This document shows, one piece after another, positions 26,855 to 40,907 of a stretch of 64,000 nucleotides of DNA; the first letter of the stretch is position 1; the number at the start of each line of letters is the position of its first letter. The stretch is taken from the NCBI GenBank assembly GCA_973895155.1, contig OZ316893.1, positions 12,230,359 through 12,294,358 on the forward strand, given 5' to 3'. The notes beneath the pieces were generated by a model. That model did not search any database. It worked only from the letters and a program-made list of their open reading frames with translations, and was not told where the DNA came from. Source of the DNA: Marsupella aquatica. Taxonomy: Eukaryota; Plantae; Marchantiophyta. Made by a program: the position numbers and the translations under genes.

Positions 26855-27305
26855 CATGTTGGACATGAGACCGACGTGTATAATTGAGTGTTTGAATCAC
26901 TCAAGCACCTTTAATGCATAGGATTAAGGGAGGATAGTTTGCTTTAAGAGATACAGGGTGATCATTTATTGAGAAATGTTGGACATGAGACCGTGTATAA
27001 GCGAGTGTATGAATCACCCAAGCACCTTTAATGCATAGGATTAAGGGCGGACAGTTTGCTTTACGAGATACAGGGTGACCATATATTTAACATGTTGGAC
27101 GTGAGACCGTGTATAAGTGAGTGTCCAAATCACCCAAGCACCTTTAATGCATAGGATTAAGGGTGTACAGTTTGCTTTACTAGATACAGGGTGACCACAT
27201 GTTGAGAAATGTTGGACATGAGACTGTGTATAACTGAGTGTCTGAATCACCCAAGCATCTTTAATGCATAGGATAAAGGGCGTACAATTTGAGACAGGGT
27301 GACCC
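26855..27305 (+). repeat. About 115-bp tandem array (4 copies)
   Basis: atgttggacatgagacc..gtgtataa..gagtgt..aatcacccaagcacctttaatgcataggattaaggg..cagtttgcttta..gatacagggtga repeated four times. Confidence 0.9.
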
Positions 27306-30294
27306 AGTATGACCAGGCATATATTGAGATCCATGTATCCAATATTGTATTCAATTTCCTTTATTTGTCATCCGCCACTCTCCATCTCACAATTTCCGAA
27401 TGTGAATACTAATAGGGGTCCGTGGATTCCACTTTTTTTCACAATTCCAATAAGAATTCAACAAAAAATGTGGATCCCATTTGATATTCATCCGCCAAAA
27501 TTTTCCCTTGTCACACCTCGCACATCAATATTGAGGTTTGAATACCAACATTTATCCATGGATCCCATTTTTTCCCAAGTCCAAAACAAACTTAACAGGG
27601 ATTCACCCACCAAAATTTGCCCTTGCCACACCTCAAACCTTAATATTGATGTTTGAATACCAACACGTATCCATGGTTCCCATTATTTTGTCAATCCAAC
27701 TCTAAACCAATTTCAGATTTTTCCTTGCTCATCACAACCCCAATCACATCCAGTTTTATTCTCTTGAAATTTGTACAAACCCATCAACAAACCTACTTGA
27801 GAATGGAGACAAATACCAAGTGGGTCTGTGGACCCCACCTCAAATTCAAAGTTCCGGATTGGCCTTCGACCAAAAGCCACTCATCCGTTTTCACATTTGA
27901 ATGTCAAATTGGATCACATTTGGTCTTTATAAAGTACTTATCACTCTTTGTAAAATTTTAGATTTGTAAAATAACATGTTCTTATACCAAATGGGATTCA
28001 TGGATCTCACTTAGTATTTATACAAGGTAAATTTTATTACTTTTTCTTTTCTAGAATTGTGAAATAACATGTTTGAATACCAAATGGGATACGGGTGGGA
28101 TACCACTTGGTATTCTTCTTAAAGTTTTTATGTTTTGTTGATTATTTGAGAAAAGTAATCTTATTTTTTACAAGATTTTTCCTGGTCTCAGATTTTCTCT
28201 TTTTCTTTTTTTGGTAGTGCGGAGTGAAGAGGTTGAAGCGTCTAAAACTCTTCTTTCTAACGATATCAATTATAAAAAAATTGGATAAATAAAGATAAAG
28301 ATATGGCTGCCAAAGCATGCAAGGGTACAAACTTAATTTTCTATAATTTTGTAATTTTATGTGACAACTTATATTTCATCATATATCTTAGTCAATTTTT
28401 CATCATTTTGGACTCTTTATGTGCTATGATGAAAGCTTTTCAATCCACTATTTGGATTTGATTGAGTTACAGATTGAAACACATATTCTTGTCACAACTA
28501 GTGATGAAAAAGTTAAGTATGAATTTGTATCATCTCAAGACTATCAGCCAAATAGGGTCTTTGGATTGACTTTGGAAAAATAATTGAAAGCTTATGGATT
28601 CAAAGTTAGGAATGACCTGGTATTTTACTTTGGATTGAATTTCTCAAATTTATGGGTTGTTCCAAAAGACTCATATCCTTGGGTTGAATCCAAAATCCCA
28701 TTTCACATTCCTCCTTCTAGTTTGAGCTAATTTGAGTCCTTAGTGTGCGTCACAGGTCAATGCATTGCCATCATTAGTGCAATGTCTCCTTGCCCACAAG
28801 TCTCCCCTTACTTAGTCCCCACTGGATAGCTATCTAGGGAGCCTAGATCATAGAGGTGCTTGACGGCAAAGTCAATGACACTGAAGCTAAGTGATAGGGT
28901 ACGTAGTCAAGTTCCACAACTCATATGGTGAGACCCTCAAAGATTTCAATTTATATGAGTGGCTGATAATTGATGGCATTTAAACTCTCAACACCCAAGA
29001 TAACACTATTTGGACTTCAATTTTCTATGCACATTGTGTAGCCCTAATATGCATTTATCTTATTTTGAGCAAAGTTTCATAAATCATAAAAAAACAAAAC
29101 AAGTTACCTACAACATACAAATAGAAAGTAGTCTTTATTATAGACCTTTAATAAGCAATATCGGTCATTTAAAATTTAAATTCAAAAATTTTCATAATAA
29201 AAATATGGATCACACGAGATATTTAAGAAACTAGACTAAGTAAAACCCTAAATCCTCAAAAAAAAACCTTGAAAGTATGCTTTTAGGGTTGAATTGTATT
29301 TACAAAATATCACTCTTTAATGCTAAAATGTCATTTGTGCACACTCATAATGACAGAAGCTTAACATGAGATAAATTAGTTTTGTTTATTGCAATTATGA
29401 TCATGTATCCTAAATTATCCTAAACTATAATACAAGGTTGTGCCTTTTTATGAAGTGGTCATCATTCAAATTTGCAGTGTCCAAAAAACATTAATCGTGT
29501 CAAAGAGAAGGAATAAAAGTTATATTAAATTTAGTGTGCACCAAAAACATAATAAATACATTCCAAACAAAAGGGGAATCAAATGGGGACACAAAAGTAG
29601 GGAGCCAATGCTAGAACCAATGGGGCACACAAAACAAGAGAGTGTATGTACATGCATGAGTATCAAGGAGGTGTACACATGAAATACAAAAGTACATAAC
29701 ATATATGATACTATATATTATTGCAAGTATTACAATATTATAAAATATAATAATGATAGTAATTTAATTAAAATAGGTTAATTAAAAATAGATTAAATTA
29801 CAAAGACCATATCAAAACCTATAATAAAATGTTACTTTTTTTATTATAGTAGTCATTCAAATTTGCAATATCACAAAAATGAAAAACATGAAAGAATGAT
29901 TTCTTTTGTGAATGAAAATGGAGAGCAATGTTTCCAAGAAAAAATGAATTTAATAGTACAAAGAAAATAAGGAGGGTCTCTAGCAATGCAAGAATATCAA
30001 GGAGACATCCCTTTACCATGTACCACTATAATCAGATCCTGTCCCTTTACAAACTAAAAAAATGTGACAATCAATCTTGAATGTTCATCAAAACATAATT
30101 TTTTATACACTTTAAGATCCATCCATACACCCCTTCTAAAAATAAGTTCCTGCCCAAGCTACCCTTTAATACCCTTCCCATACCTGCCACAATTGAAAAC
30201 ATTAATCAAATTTTAATTAATTTCATTAATATATAAATAATTATAAATTTTTTGAAAAATAATTTCAAATATAAATAAAATATAGATAAAATAT

Positions 30295-31519
30295 TCTCTC
30301 ATTTTGACATCTTTTTTCATATTAAGATCTTCTCACCTCAAGATCTTTGCTCATCTTGACATATTTTTCTCACCTTGAGATCTTTTCTCACCTCAACATA
30401 TATATTATATTTGTCTCATTTTGCCATATTTTTCTCACCTGGTCATCTTTATCTCACCACAACATCTTTCTTCACCCTCAACATTTTTCCTCATATTGAC
30501 ATCTTTTTCTCATCTCACCATCTTTTTCTCATCTCACCATCTTTTCTCTCCTTGACTTATTTTTCTCACCTCGGAATGTTTTTCTCTAATATGACATCTT
30601 TTTCTCACCTTGCTATATTTTATTTCCTTGACATATTTTTCTCAGCTCGAAATGTTTTTCTCTTATCGACATTTTTTCTCACCTTGATATATTTTCTCAC
30701 CTCAACATGCATCATTTGTGCAATGCACAGGTATCAGGCCCGATATGTACTTAGCAACATCTTTTACTTCACAACATTGTTTAGTAATGACATACTTTAT
30801 CTATTGACCATTTTATACTTAACAACATCTTAATACTTAACGACTTCTTTGGCATAACGACATAGTTGGCGACATGACATCTACTTACTTGACACAATTT
30901 TTTACTTGATGACCTTTTGGGCAACATGTCATCTTTGGCAAAATGACTTCTTTTTCTTAACAATATCTTTTTACTTCATGACATTTTTCACATAAGAACA
31001 TCATTCTTGGGAAACACAACATATAATTCTCTTAAGAGCATTTTGGGCCCCACAATACTTTCCTCTTAGTGACATCTTGGGGGAGACTACATCTTGGGCG
31101 CCACAACATTTGTTTTCTTAACAATACTTGGGCGCCATGAGATCCTTATTTTAATGATATTTTGGGCGACATAACATTTTTTTTCTTAACGACATCTTTT
31201 GTGCAATGCATGGGTAATTTCCCTCAATGATGTCTTGGCCGACACGACATATTTTCTCTCAATGATGTCTTTGCCTTCATGACATCTTTTTTTCAACGAC
31301 ATCTTGGCCGACATGACAACTTTTTTTTCAATGAACTCTTGGCCAACATGACATCTTTTTTACTCAACGACTTTTTTTTCTCTCAACCACCTCTTGGCCA
31401 ACATGACATTTTTTCTCTTCACAACCTCTTGGCTTACACGACATCTTTTTTTTCTCAACGACATCTTGGCCGACACGACTTCTTTTGTGCAACGCACAAG
31501 TATTGAGCTCGTTCACTAG
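30295..31519 (+). mobile_element. Helitron-like region with serial 3'-end hairpins and short pyrimidine-rich repeats
   Basis: gtgcaatgcac (about 30718), gtgcaatgcat (about 31201) and gtgcaacgcac...cactag (about 31486-31519) are separated by acatcttttttctcacc / ttggccgacacgacat repeats. The first repeat type is the complement of the one at 11340-11630. Confidence 0.5.
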
Positions 31520-34500
31520 AATACTAGATGTCCAGACTAGATTATTATAATGTACTATTTTATAAAGTATCTAACATTTTTGTGTAAGATGAGATTTGAC
31601 AGCATTCATGTAGATACATTTTGCATTTGCTTCATAAGATCAAGAAGGTGATAGTAATCTACAAACCGTCTAGAGAAGTACAACATACACCGTACACAAA
31701 AAATAGAACAAAAATAATATGTTTTGCAGTCTAACCAAGCTATCCAGTTTTCCATCAATAAGACATTGGAGCATATCACAATTGTTACAATATGCGCTGA
31801 CGAAGTCTATGGAAACCACAATAATATTTGTGACCTTCATGAAAAAATTTATCTCCACAAAAGTTTCTAAGGTGCTTACAAATAATTACGGATCCCCATT
31901 AGGGTTCCTTTCCAAAATTCCTGGCTTCACAGCGCGCCACATCATCATGGCATGCTCCAAACAGGAAGAGACTTGTTTTTGGATAAAATTAACTTCTACA
32001 TTCGTGTTTGTGGCAACTTTGCTGTAAAAACTGGGACGCCATGCCATAAAAAAGAATGTAAAAAATTGACATGCAAATCAAAAGACAAAAAGATTGAGGT
32101 AAGATTGCTCCCAGTAACGGTTCTATTTACATTTTGATTTTATTCAAAACATAAAAAAAATTGGGTAGCAATATTTGATTTGACATTGCTGAGTTAAATC
32201 ATAATGGAAACTCACGTATAATATGGCGTTGGAAAGATCTTGAAGAGACGGTCCTAATGAGCTCAGCATTGTCACCATTCGATAAGAATTGAGTAAGTAA
32301 TTTGAAAAATAAATTTTACCCATGATTTCATAATCTCTAACGTGAATATAAATCTATGTTGTACAATCCCTGAAATATTGACCTCTTCGATGAGAATGAA
32401 CCTAAAATTGACAGACTTTATCGAGTACTAAGGAGATTATAAATTTTATAATTGCTTTAGTTTTTTAATGAACTTAACATTGACAGATTTAGTTGAGTTA
32501 ACCAACGAGCACCTTCTTGCTAAAGTGGGCAATTAAGTTACCCACACATTAAACAGTATGATTTTGCAATTGATATTAATTATGGTTGCCTTGATAAGTT
32601 TGGCAACTGTTTCAAGTGTCAAACATGGACTTGTCCATTTTTGAATTTTTTTTCTTTAGATTTGGAGGTCCACCTAGGCTTCAGCTTTTAGATAACAGCC
32701 TCTAAAATAACATGGGGGTCCATGGATTAATTGCAAGAAAACAATATATTTAAACCATAAAAAAAGCTGAAGCATGGCCTTGGTTTCAGATGCAATTTTT
32801 TATATGAGGCATAAAAAAATAATACAAAGGGATTTGTTATATTTGAATGCAATGTGAGTAGCAAAATAATTATATCCTCAGTGATCTCACTATGTATAGT
32901 CTCTCCATCACCTACAACATTTTAAATCCTTAGACCCCCTAAAATATAAAGAAAAAGTAAATTTTTGTACCTTTAATTTAAAGTTTGATTTTAGAATATT
33001 CCAAATATTTTATTGGAAAGATCCTAATGTCCTTACAAGGCTCAATATTGAATGTAAAAGAGCCTAATGTTCTTCCACAAAAACATTTAAGTAGTTTCAT
33101 AAAATCAATAAAATAATCTTGTTTTTTTCACCTGATGTGTCAATCTGTGGACATGAAACCCTCAAGATTATATCTTAGATAGAAATTTTGTGACAGTTTT
33201 GAGCTTGATCAATACCTGAAATTCAATATGCTCCTCTCACATTTATGGGCTGGCTTTGTAGCTAAACAGTCATCCCATGTGATGTCACTGGATTTGAAGC
33301 ATGTATATAAAATTTTCAAAAAAACATTGGAGCTAAATCTTGAAGTAAGTCAAGGTCTAGCTTTCCACAAGAACATGTCTTTTCCATTATATGTTTGCAT
33401 ATGTAACACCATATTCTCACCATAAAACCATTTGGATGGTCTTTATAATATTTTCTTTATTTGGAAAATTTGTAGCTATATATGTTTTGCTAATTTGCAA
33501 AACAAGATTGTCTACTTTGAGCTATTTATAGATCAGTTCTCATATGCATATCTGGGGCCACCTTTGAAATTGAAATATAGAAATTAAGTAATCCACATTG
33601 CACTAAATGGCATTGCTGTGTGGTAGCAGTTCACTTTATTTGAGACTCATAGGTCTAAAGTTTAAATGTTGTGACTGATTTCAATGCTCAGGTTGACTGT
33701 CCCTTTTGGTAGGGCTTCACATATTTTCTCCATAAAACAAAAAAGATAAAATTATTCCCATATTAATTGCAAACTTCTATCAATCAACCATCAAGTGCGC
33801 CTACCAAAATCCTAAACTACCTAAGAGATTTGAACCTAAACTTTCAATGTTACACTCTTATGCAGTCAAAGCTTTATATTGCATGTTGGAGATTAAAATC
33901 TCTTATGATCCACTTACGGTATTCACCTCTGCCAACTTGTTTATGTATGAGCCTTTCCAATATCCCAGGCAAATTATTTTGTCTAAAAGACCCTAAAATA
34001 AGTGTGAGAAAAGTCAATAATTTTTTGAACTATTATATATATTTTTAATTGAACTTTCAAGTGCCTTCAGTATATAAGTTTGGTTATAAGTAGTAGTGTG
34101 ATTGAGTAAAAGTTATGTTGACACCCTATAAGTAGGAGTTTGATTGAATGAAAGATTATATTCATTTATTCACACATTATTCTGAATAAATTAAAATAGG
34201 AAAGTGTTAGAACTAAAATGCTATACCAATGATTCGAAGAGCCAATATTCAATACAAACAATGGAATGGATGTCACATTGGAAACCTGGTTACAACCAAT
34301 GGCATGGAACTTCATACAATTCACCTGCCAGAATCTCCAATGAGTGCCAAAGGGCGCCATTGCTTGACTCAGGAGGCAATGCAATATGTAAAATGCAAAC
34401 TTTTCATAAAACTTAGTATTTCATTGGATGACAGAGTGAGCTAGATTTGAGGTGAAAATTGTTTGGTGCCATCTATGATACTCTAATTAGATACTGGAAA

Positions 34501-34749
34501 AAGTTGGGGACTTTTTGGACGTCTCCAACACTCATCATATATCCTCAAAAATCACTTTTTCACAAATTGCAATTTACATTCAGGCATTTTGCAGTAGTTT
34601 ACTTATAGTTTTTTTTTCAATTACCCAGAGACAAAGAATACCTTGTCTTCTCGAAATGACACTGGAGTGTGTGTGATGGGCATTGTCCTCCATAAAATTC
34701 AGACACATGGGATTTAAGAATATAGTACTGTCCTGTTTACAGACCATTA

Positions 34750-35469
34750 TTGTGGGCAATTGGGAATTGCTTTGGATTTGCACCGCCCCTTCATAGTCTT
34801 CCTTAGAGAAGACAATTGATTTGGGGACCTTGTAATCAGTGACATGTCAAACGCTAGTTTTGACCAGGCTGACAACAATGAGGGGTGGAAGCCTAAACAT
34901 GGCATTGTGAGCAATTTGGATTTGCGTTGGATTTGCTTTGGATTTGCACCGTCCCCTTGAGTTTTTCCGCAAGAAGGCAATTGATTTGGGGAACTCGTAA
35001 TCACTGACATGTCAAGTGCTAGTTTTGACCTGGCTGACAGTAACTAGGGGTGGAAGCCTAAACAGGGCACTGTGATTAAAATTTGGATTTGCACTGGACT
35101 TGCACCGTCCGTTTGACAGTCTTCCTGCAAGAATACAATTGATTACTCGTACATAATCACTGACATGTCAAGCCCTAGTTTTACCCGAGCTGACAGTAAT
35201 GAGGGATGGACACCCGCGTTCACACTGGGGGTAATGAGGTCCGGAAATCGGCTAAATTTGAGCTCTCTTCTCCTCCTCTCCTCCTCTCCCCCTCTCCCCC
35301 TCCTGTCCCAATGACATGGTTCGGTAGGCAATTGATTACTCTCAATCACTGACATGTCATGCGCTGGTTTTGACCGGGCTGACAGTAATGAGGGGATGGA
35401 CACCCGCGTTCACACTGGGGGTACAAGATCCGGAAATAGCTCGATCTGAGCTCCTGTCCTGTCCCAATT
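34750..35469 (+). repeat. Degenerate tandem array of about 160-190-bp units (4 copies), target of the large transposon insertion
   Basis: caattgatt...aatcactgacatgtca..gctagttttgacc.ggctgacagtaa.gagggg.tgga recurs at about 34815, 34980, 35137 and 35330. Confidence 0.85.
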
Positions 35470-35495
35470 TACGGTGTTCGAAATGTTGCGGGGAG
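35470..35495 (+). repeat. Left terminal inverted repeat
   Basis: tacggtgttcgaaatgttgcggggag. Confidence 0.93.
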
Positions 35496-38400
35496 TTTTT
35501 TCCAGAAAAAGAGTCTAAAAAGAGAAAATATTCAATATTTCACAAGAAAAATACAAATACCCCAACTTATTTTGTAGGATACCCTAAAGTGTAATTTGCA
35601 CGCGTTTGAAGTAATTTGAAATAATTTCTCACTCACTTCAGTAATTCAACAAAAACATTTTGAACATTATCATGTGATACATAATATCATTTACACATGA
35701 ATTATGTTTTTAAAATATTCTAACAAAATTGATATTTTTTCTCCACTTTTTGAAATTCAAAAACTATTTCATCCTTCATTTTTGTATACAATATTTTGAA
35801 ACTTTTCAATCCTTGAAATCACAAGAATTCTACTCATGAGTGAAAACTCACAAAATATTTCCTACACCGAACAAAAAAAATTCAAAGAGCAAAACATAAC
35901 ATTCAATCAGAGAGTTGGAGAGTAAAACACATTTATATACCAAATCAATGAAGAAGCAAAAAAAGTTGACCAAAATAAATCATCTTGAAAAGTGTGAATG
36001 TTTTTTTTCTCTCCTTACATAGTTGTTTTTTCTCTGTACGGTTCTGTAAAGTGAAAATTTCTCCCCTTATCTACAAGCCAACCAGAAATGTCCAACTGTC
36101 CAACTGTACTTTTTGTTGGCTCGAAGACATGGGGAGAAAATTTGTACTTTACTCAGCCAATACTTTTAAGTTTCAAGGAAAGAAGAGGCCAACCTGAAGG
36201 ATTAGGTTAGTCATCTGGGAAGAATGTTGTTACTCCATATCTACAAGTTCCAACCATGGCCAAGTAAGTCTGCATGTTGGTTCAACTCCTCCATTGATAG
36301 ATTTACTCTTCCCAATGGATTTGACTCGTCTATCATTGGGACATGGGCCTTGATCACAACAGACAAGCACCTCCTTCTTGCCTTCTATTTTTATGAAATT
36401 TATTAGTCCACTCTAATTGAGATAGGGAGTATATCATTCTGAGGTGGGTGGGATCCTCAAAGGACAAATCGTGCATCCCTCAATGGCAAAATTAGAGATG
36501 TTATGGAGCAACTAGAGGCCTGGTGTTGAATGCTGAACAAACAATTACCCCCAAATGTTGACATGCTTAAAGTTACTAATTATATAGGTCTACAAGTCCT
36601 TTATACCTCTGCATCCTTCAATGCTTGTCTTTTGGATTGGAAAATATTGGGCATCCAAGCACAGGATAGTATTGGGCTTAAAAGTGTCTTTCTTGTTGAA
36701 TCATGATGAAAATGTTTATGTCTGTGCATCCTGCAATGCTTGTCTTTTGGACAATATTGGCCTTAGAAGTGCCTTTCTTGTTGAATCATGATGAAACTGC
36801 AAGTACTCCTCAAGGTTTAAGAGCTGACAGTTTATTTCTTTGCAAGTTCTACAAAAACACTCTTGTGCCACTACTTTCAATGGAACGTTAATATATTTAC
36901 TAATGTGTCAAAAATATTTTGAACTGCCTCTTTGGTAGAAGTTTTGGGATTCAAAATGATCAATTCCATCCAGGCGATGATAGAGACATTATTGTGAAGT
37001 TTGAACAGTCCAAAGTCTTTACCAAACATTACACAAGATAGATTAATAAATAGCAATTTCTGTCAACTTTGAAATGAACTCTCAATCACATTACTTAAAA
37101 TCAAAGTACATTGTGTTGCCTCCAAACTCAAAGATAAGTAATTTTTGCCTTAAATACTAATTCTTGATGATTAGCAAGCTAGATAAAAAATAACTATTGG
37201 AGGCTGTCTGGTATCCAACAATGTTTTCTTTTGTGATCCTTCCAAGCCATTGCATTTCTATCGTCTCTTGTAGAGTGTATAACCTGAAAATCCTGAAAAA
37301 ACAACATGAAATATATTCACATTAATGATACTGAGAAAAAACAATACGAGTTTCCACAATACAATTAACACATGCAACGGTTGAAAAATTACCTTTGTTG
37401 AATCTTATCAGAAGATAATAATCCTTATAACTTGCCGTAGGCGGTGTTGAAACTAGCCATGACCAACTTGGAGTGCATCACTTTCACATTTGGATATGCA
37501 GGAATATCAATTTGTTTAGAACAGGTGGATGCAATAGGCAAAGAGCTGGAAGGTCGACTAGGGCTAAAATTCACATGACATATTGTACCTGCATTGTATT
37601 TCTCATCTGTAATAAACCTATATAATCTATAGGTTTCAACACCAGAAAATTGACCAATTGCTTCTTGAAATAAGTCTTTCAATGCTGGTGGAAAATCTAT
37701 TGAATATCTGACCCTTGACAAAAACTCTCTATTTGTGATTCCTTGTTGCGCACTGAAAAATGCTTGCATGGCTTTCACAGAGACATCTTTAAATGTAGTT
37801 GTCAACACAAGCTTCTTTTCAGCCTCGTTAATGAAGGGAGATGCCATCACAGTCTTCGCCAATGAGAAGAATCCGTCATGAAGTAGTGCACCAACCATGC
37901 TGCAAGCTCCAAATAGAGTCTCATATATGATATCTGCATACAATTTTGTAGTTGCTTTCTGAAATGCTTCAGTTGACCAGTTTGGGTCAAGTGTTACAAC
38001 CCTGCAATAATATTCAGGCATTATATCCTCCATGCTGTCAATGAGACCCTCTCTTGATTCTTCTGGAGCATTAATCAAAGACTGCATGAAACCATACCTG
38101 CAATAAAAAGTCTGATCATTACCTATAAAATTAAGATCACAGTATAAAATGAAAAGACAATAATATCATAGAAATAATGTATAACAACAAAGTGCACGGT
38201 TCCCACTAGGTACATTTACATACCATGTTGGTCGAACAGCTCAAAAATCTTCTATATAAATTGATCGTTTTGTTTTTTCTTGTTGCACTTGCATGTAAAT
38301 ATCTTCACGGGAGGGACATTTACCCATGGCATGAGCAATTGTGGCCATTGTGATTGGACGATGAACTTGTTTCTTTTTCAATATGAGAAGAAACATGAGT

Positions 38401-39300
38401 TGACCAACAAGTTGAACCTGATGGAATATGACAAGTAAAAACCTAGTTAAAATCAATAACATTAAAAAAATTGAAGCAATGATATAAACCACTGAAACAG
38501 TTTGGAACACTACAATTGAATAATATTTTAAAAACTTTACATTGTTATTTATGACTTACATCTTTCTTGGAGATTTCTGTAAACTGTTTTTTGGAATTAA
38601 GATGATGAAGTCCGCCACATCCCTCTGTGAAAACTGCATGGAATTCCTGCATTGCATAAATATGTTAATTATGATTCAAGGTTGAATTGCATGACTAGTC
38701 CCCAGACTAGTCTTGAACAAAATTATTGATTCATGATCAAGAAAACTTACTGCACTTCCACTAAATAGAGTCTTCCAAGCCCCTGTCAACAATCTACTTG
38801 TGACACCCCCTGCATCTACAGTTTCAGATTCCTCCAGTGTTACTTCTCCACTATGTGTTGTGTAGATTAACTTTGCTGCAAAATCTCCAAATATCTCTTG
38901 TCTTCTCAAGGCTTCTTGGCACATCTTTCGAATAGCAGTTAACTCATCATCGTCATAAAACTGCACAAACAAAATAAAGTTATTTAGATGTATAAACTTA
39001 AATGCAAAATGACATTAAATACAACAAGGCTATAGATAAGTATGAACATTTTCAAGACCGGGTTTCTTTTGTTTCTACATTACCTGAATTCGAATTTGGG
39101 GAACCTGCCTATAGAGTTTCCGAAAGTGAGAAAGTCCAATGTCAGAAATCTGATGGACCCTTAACAAGTATTTTGTCCTTTCAGTTTCTTTTTTGGCTTC
39201 AATGTACATATTTTCACAACTTGTAAGCGTCGGTTCTTCAAGCTGACATTTTCCAATCCATTCAATGTATTCGTCGCGCAGAGAGATAATGCGGGCTTCT

Positions 39301-39756
39301 TGTTGGGTATTTACTCTTACGTCTAGGTAGGTATGACGTGGTTGGTACAACAACGTGGGTTGGTACAACTACGTGGTTAGGTACAACTACGTGATTAGGT
39401 ACAACTATGTGGTTAGGTACAACTACGTGATTAGGTACAACTATGTGGTTAGGTACAACTACGTGATTAGGTACAACTATGTGGTTAGGTACAACTAAGT
39501 TGCACACTATATCATAAGAGGCATGTGTGCTTGGAGAGGTAGAACCAAGGCTCATTGTTATGGAGCCACTTGAGAGATAGGGAGAGCTTACACTGTGGAG
39601 ACTCGGTATAGCCGACGGGCTTAGAGTTCAGTAAAGCTCTCTTGTGTGTTCCCGTGGACGTAGCCTCAAGGAGGTGAACCACGTATCTCTTGTGTCGACT
39701 ATTGTGCGTTGGATGGTTCATGGGCTTGCCGTTGCGATCGTCGTCTATGCTCAACA
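39301..39756 (+). repeat. 5' LTR (456 bp) with internal 18-bp tandem repeat
   Basis: tgttgggtatttac...tatgctcaaca; gtg(g/a)ttaggtacaacta(c/t) repeated about 8-9 times. Confidence 0.97.
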
Positions 39757-39758
39757 AT

Positions 39759-39770
39759 TGGTATCAGAGC
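39759..39770 (+). promoter_or_regulatory. Primer-binding site for initiator tRNA-Met
   Basis: TGGTATCAGAGC, 2 nt after the 5' LTR. Confidence 0.95.
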
Positions 39771-40907
39771 ATGCTTGGGAGGTGACGTGTGTTCGTGACG
39801 GGATTTCATGACGGTTTTTCCAGCATTGAGTGTTGGTGGATTTTCCAGAGTTCCATCGCATGGAACTTGGAGTTTATGGGCTCAACGGATAGATCGGGGC
39901 AAGAGCTTTCTAACGGTGTGAAGAAATCGCTGAACGGAGCTCGTGGTGCAGAGAGATCTAAGTTTTCGTCATTCTGGATTTTGTGAAGAAAGTTGGCAAT
40001 CGACTCGGAGGGAGAAGCGTCAAGTGTTTTGACTCAACGGAGAGATTGAGGCAAGACGATTGTTTTGAGTCCGGGATTGGCTCTTTGATGCAAAGAGGAA
40101 GGCTAAGCAAAATCAATTACCTTGTTGGATTGGTGACGGCACCAAGTGCAATTGATCAACATTCGTTGTTGACAAGGTACCATTTTTTCTCTTTGAAAAA
40201 CTAATTCGAAATTGGCTATGACAATTGAGAGAAATCTGTCATCTTTACCAATTTTTTTCTCCCTCGTTCTTTCCTCGTTTTGGGTGCTTCTTATATCGAT
40301 CTTCACCGCCTCAAAGTCTAGTTTCCAAATCTGAAATCAGATCTTGATTTCGTCAAAACCCGAGTGAGATATCTTGCGTTTGGTGTCGAGGGGTACATTC
40401 TGCCGTGTGTATTTTCTGCGCGCGCGACCAGATTTCGACGACGAAGGGTGGTAGGGGGTTTTGGGGGTTCGAGGACACGTGTCAGCCCCTCGATTGTTCT
40501 TCCAAAATTCCCACAGGGCCTGTACAAGGGTCATAGAATATTCCAAAAAACCAGAGAGCTATTTTTTGACCGTCCGACAAAGATTTCATCCACCGAACGG
40601 TAACTTTTTTGGTTATTTTTGGGCGAGGTCGTAGCCATTGAAGTTGGCAATGCAGCGCACCAATCACATCGCAATTCCGACAACGGGTTGTACTTGGTAT
40701 TTCGGTTATTCCCTGAGGTGGTCAAAAAGGGGGAGTTTCCCAAGGTTTTACCCACCTCGACCGAAATTTGAATAACTTTTCCGTCAAATTTTGATTTTCA
40801 TTTTGGTTTTCAGTATTGGACTCCTAGCTTTGTGGGCTACGCGGCGGTGTTGAGTTTCGAGTTTTTTGAGAAGTTGTGAAAAACAACATTTTTTGTGACT
40901 TTCTCAT

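Noticed and set aside
39335-39497. 18-bp repeats in both LTRs as a CRISPR array or as a (VVPNH)n protein
   Set aside because: There are no unique spacers. It is a simple tandem repeat inside the LTR, and the ORFs are antisense by-products duplicated with the LTR.
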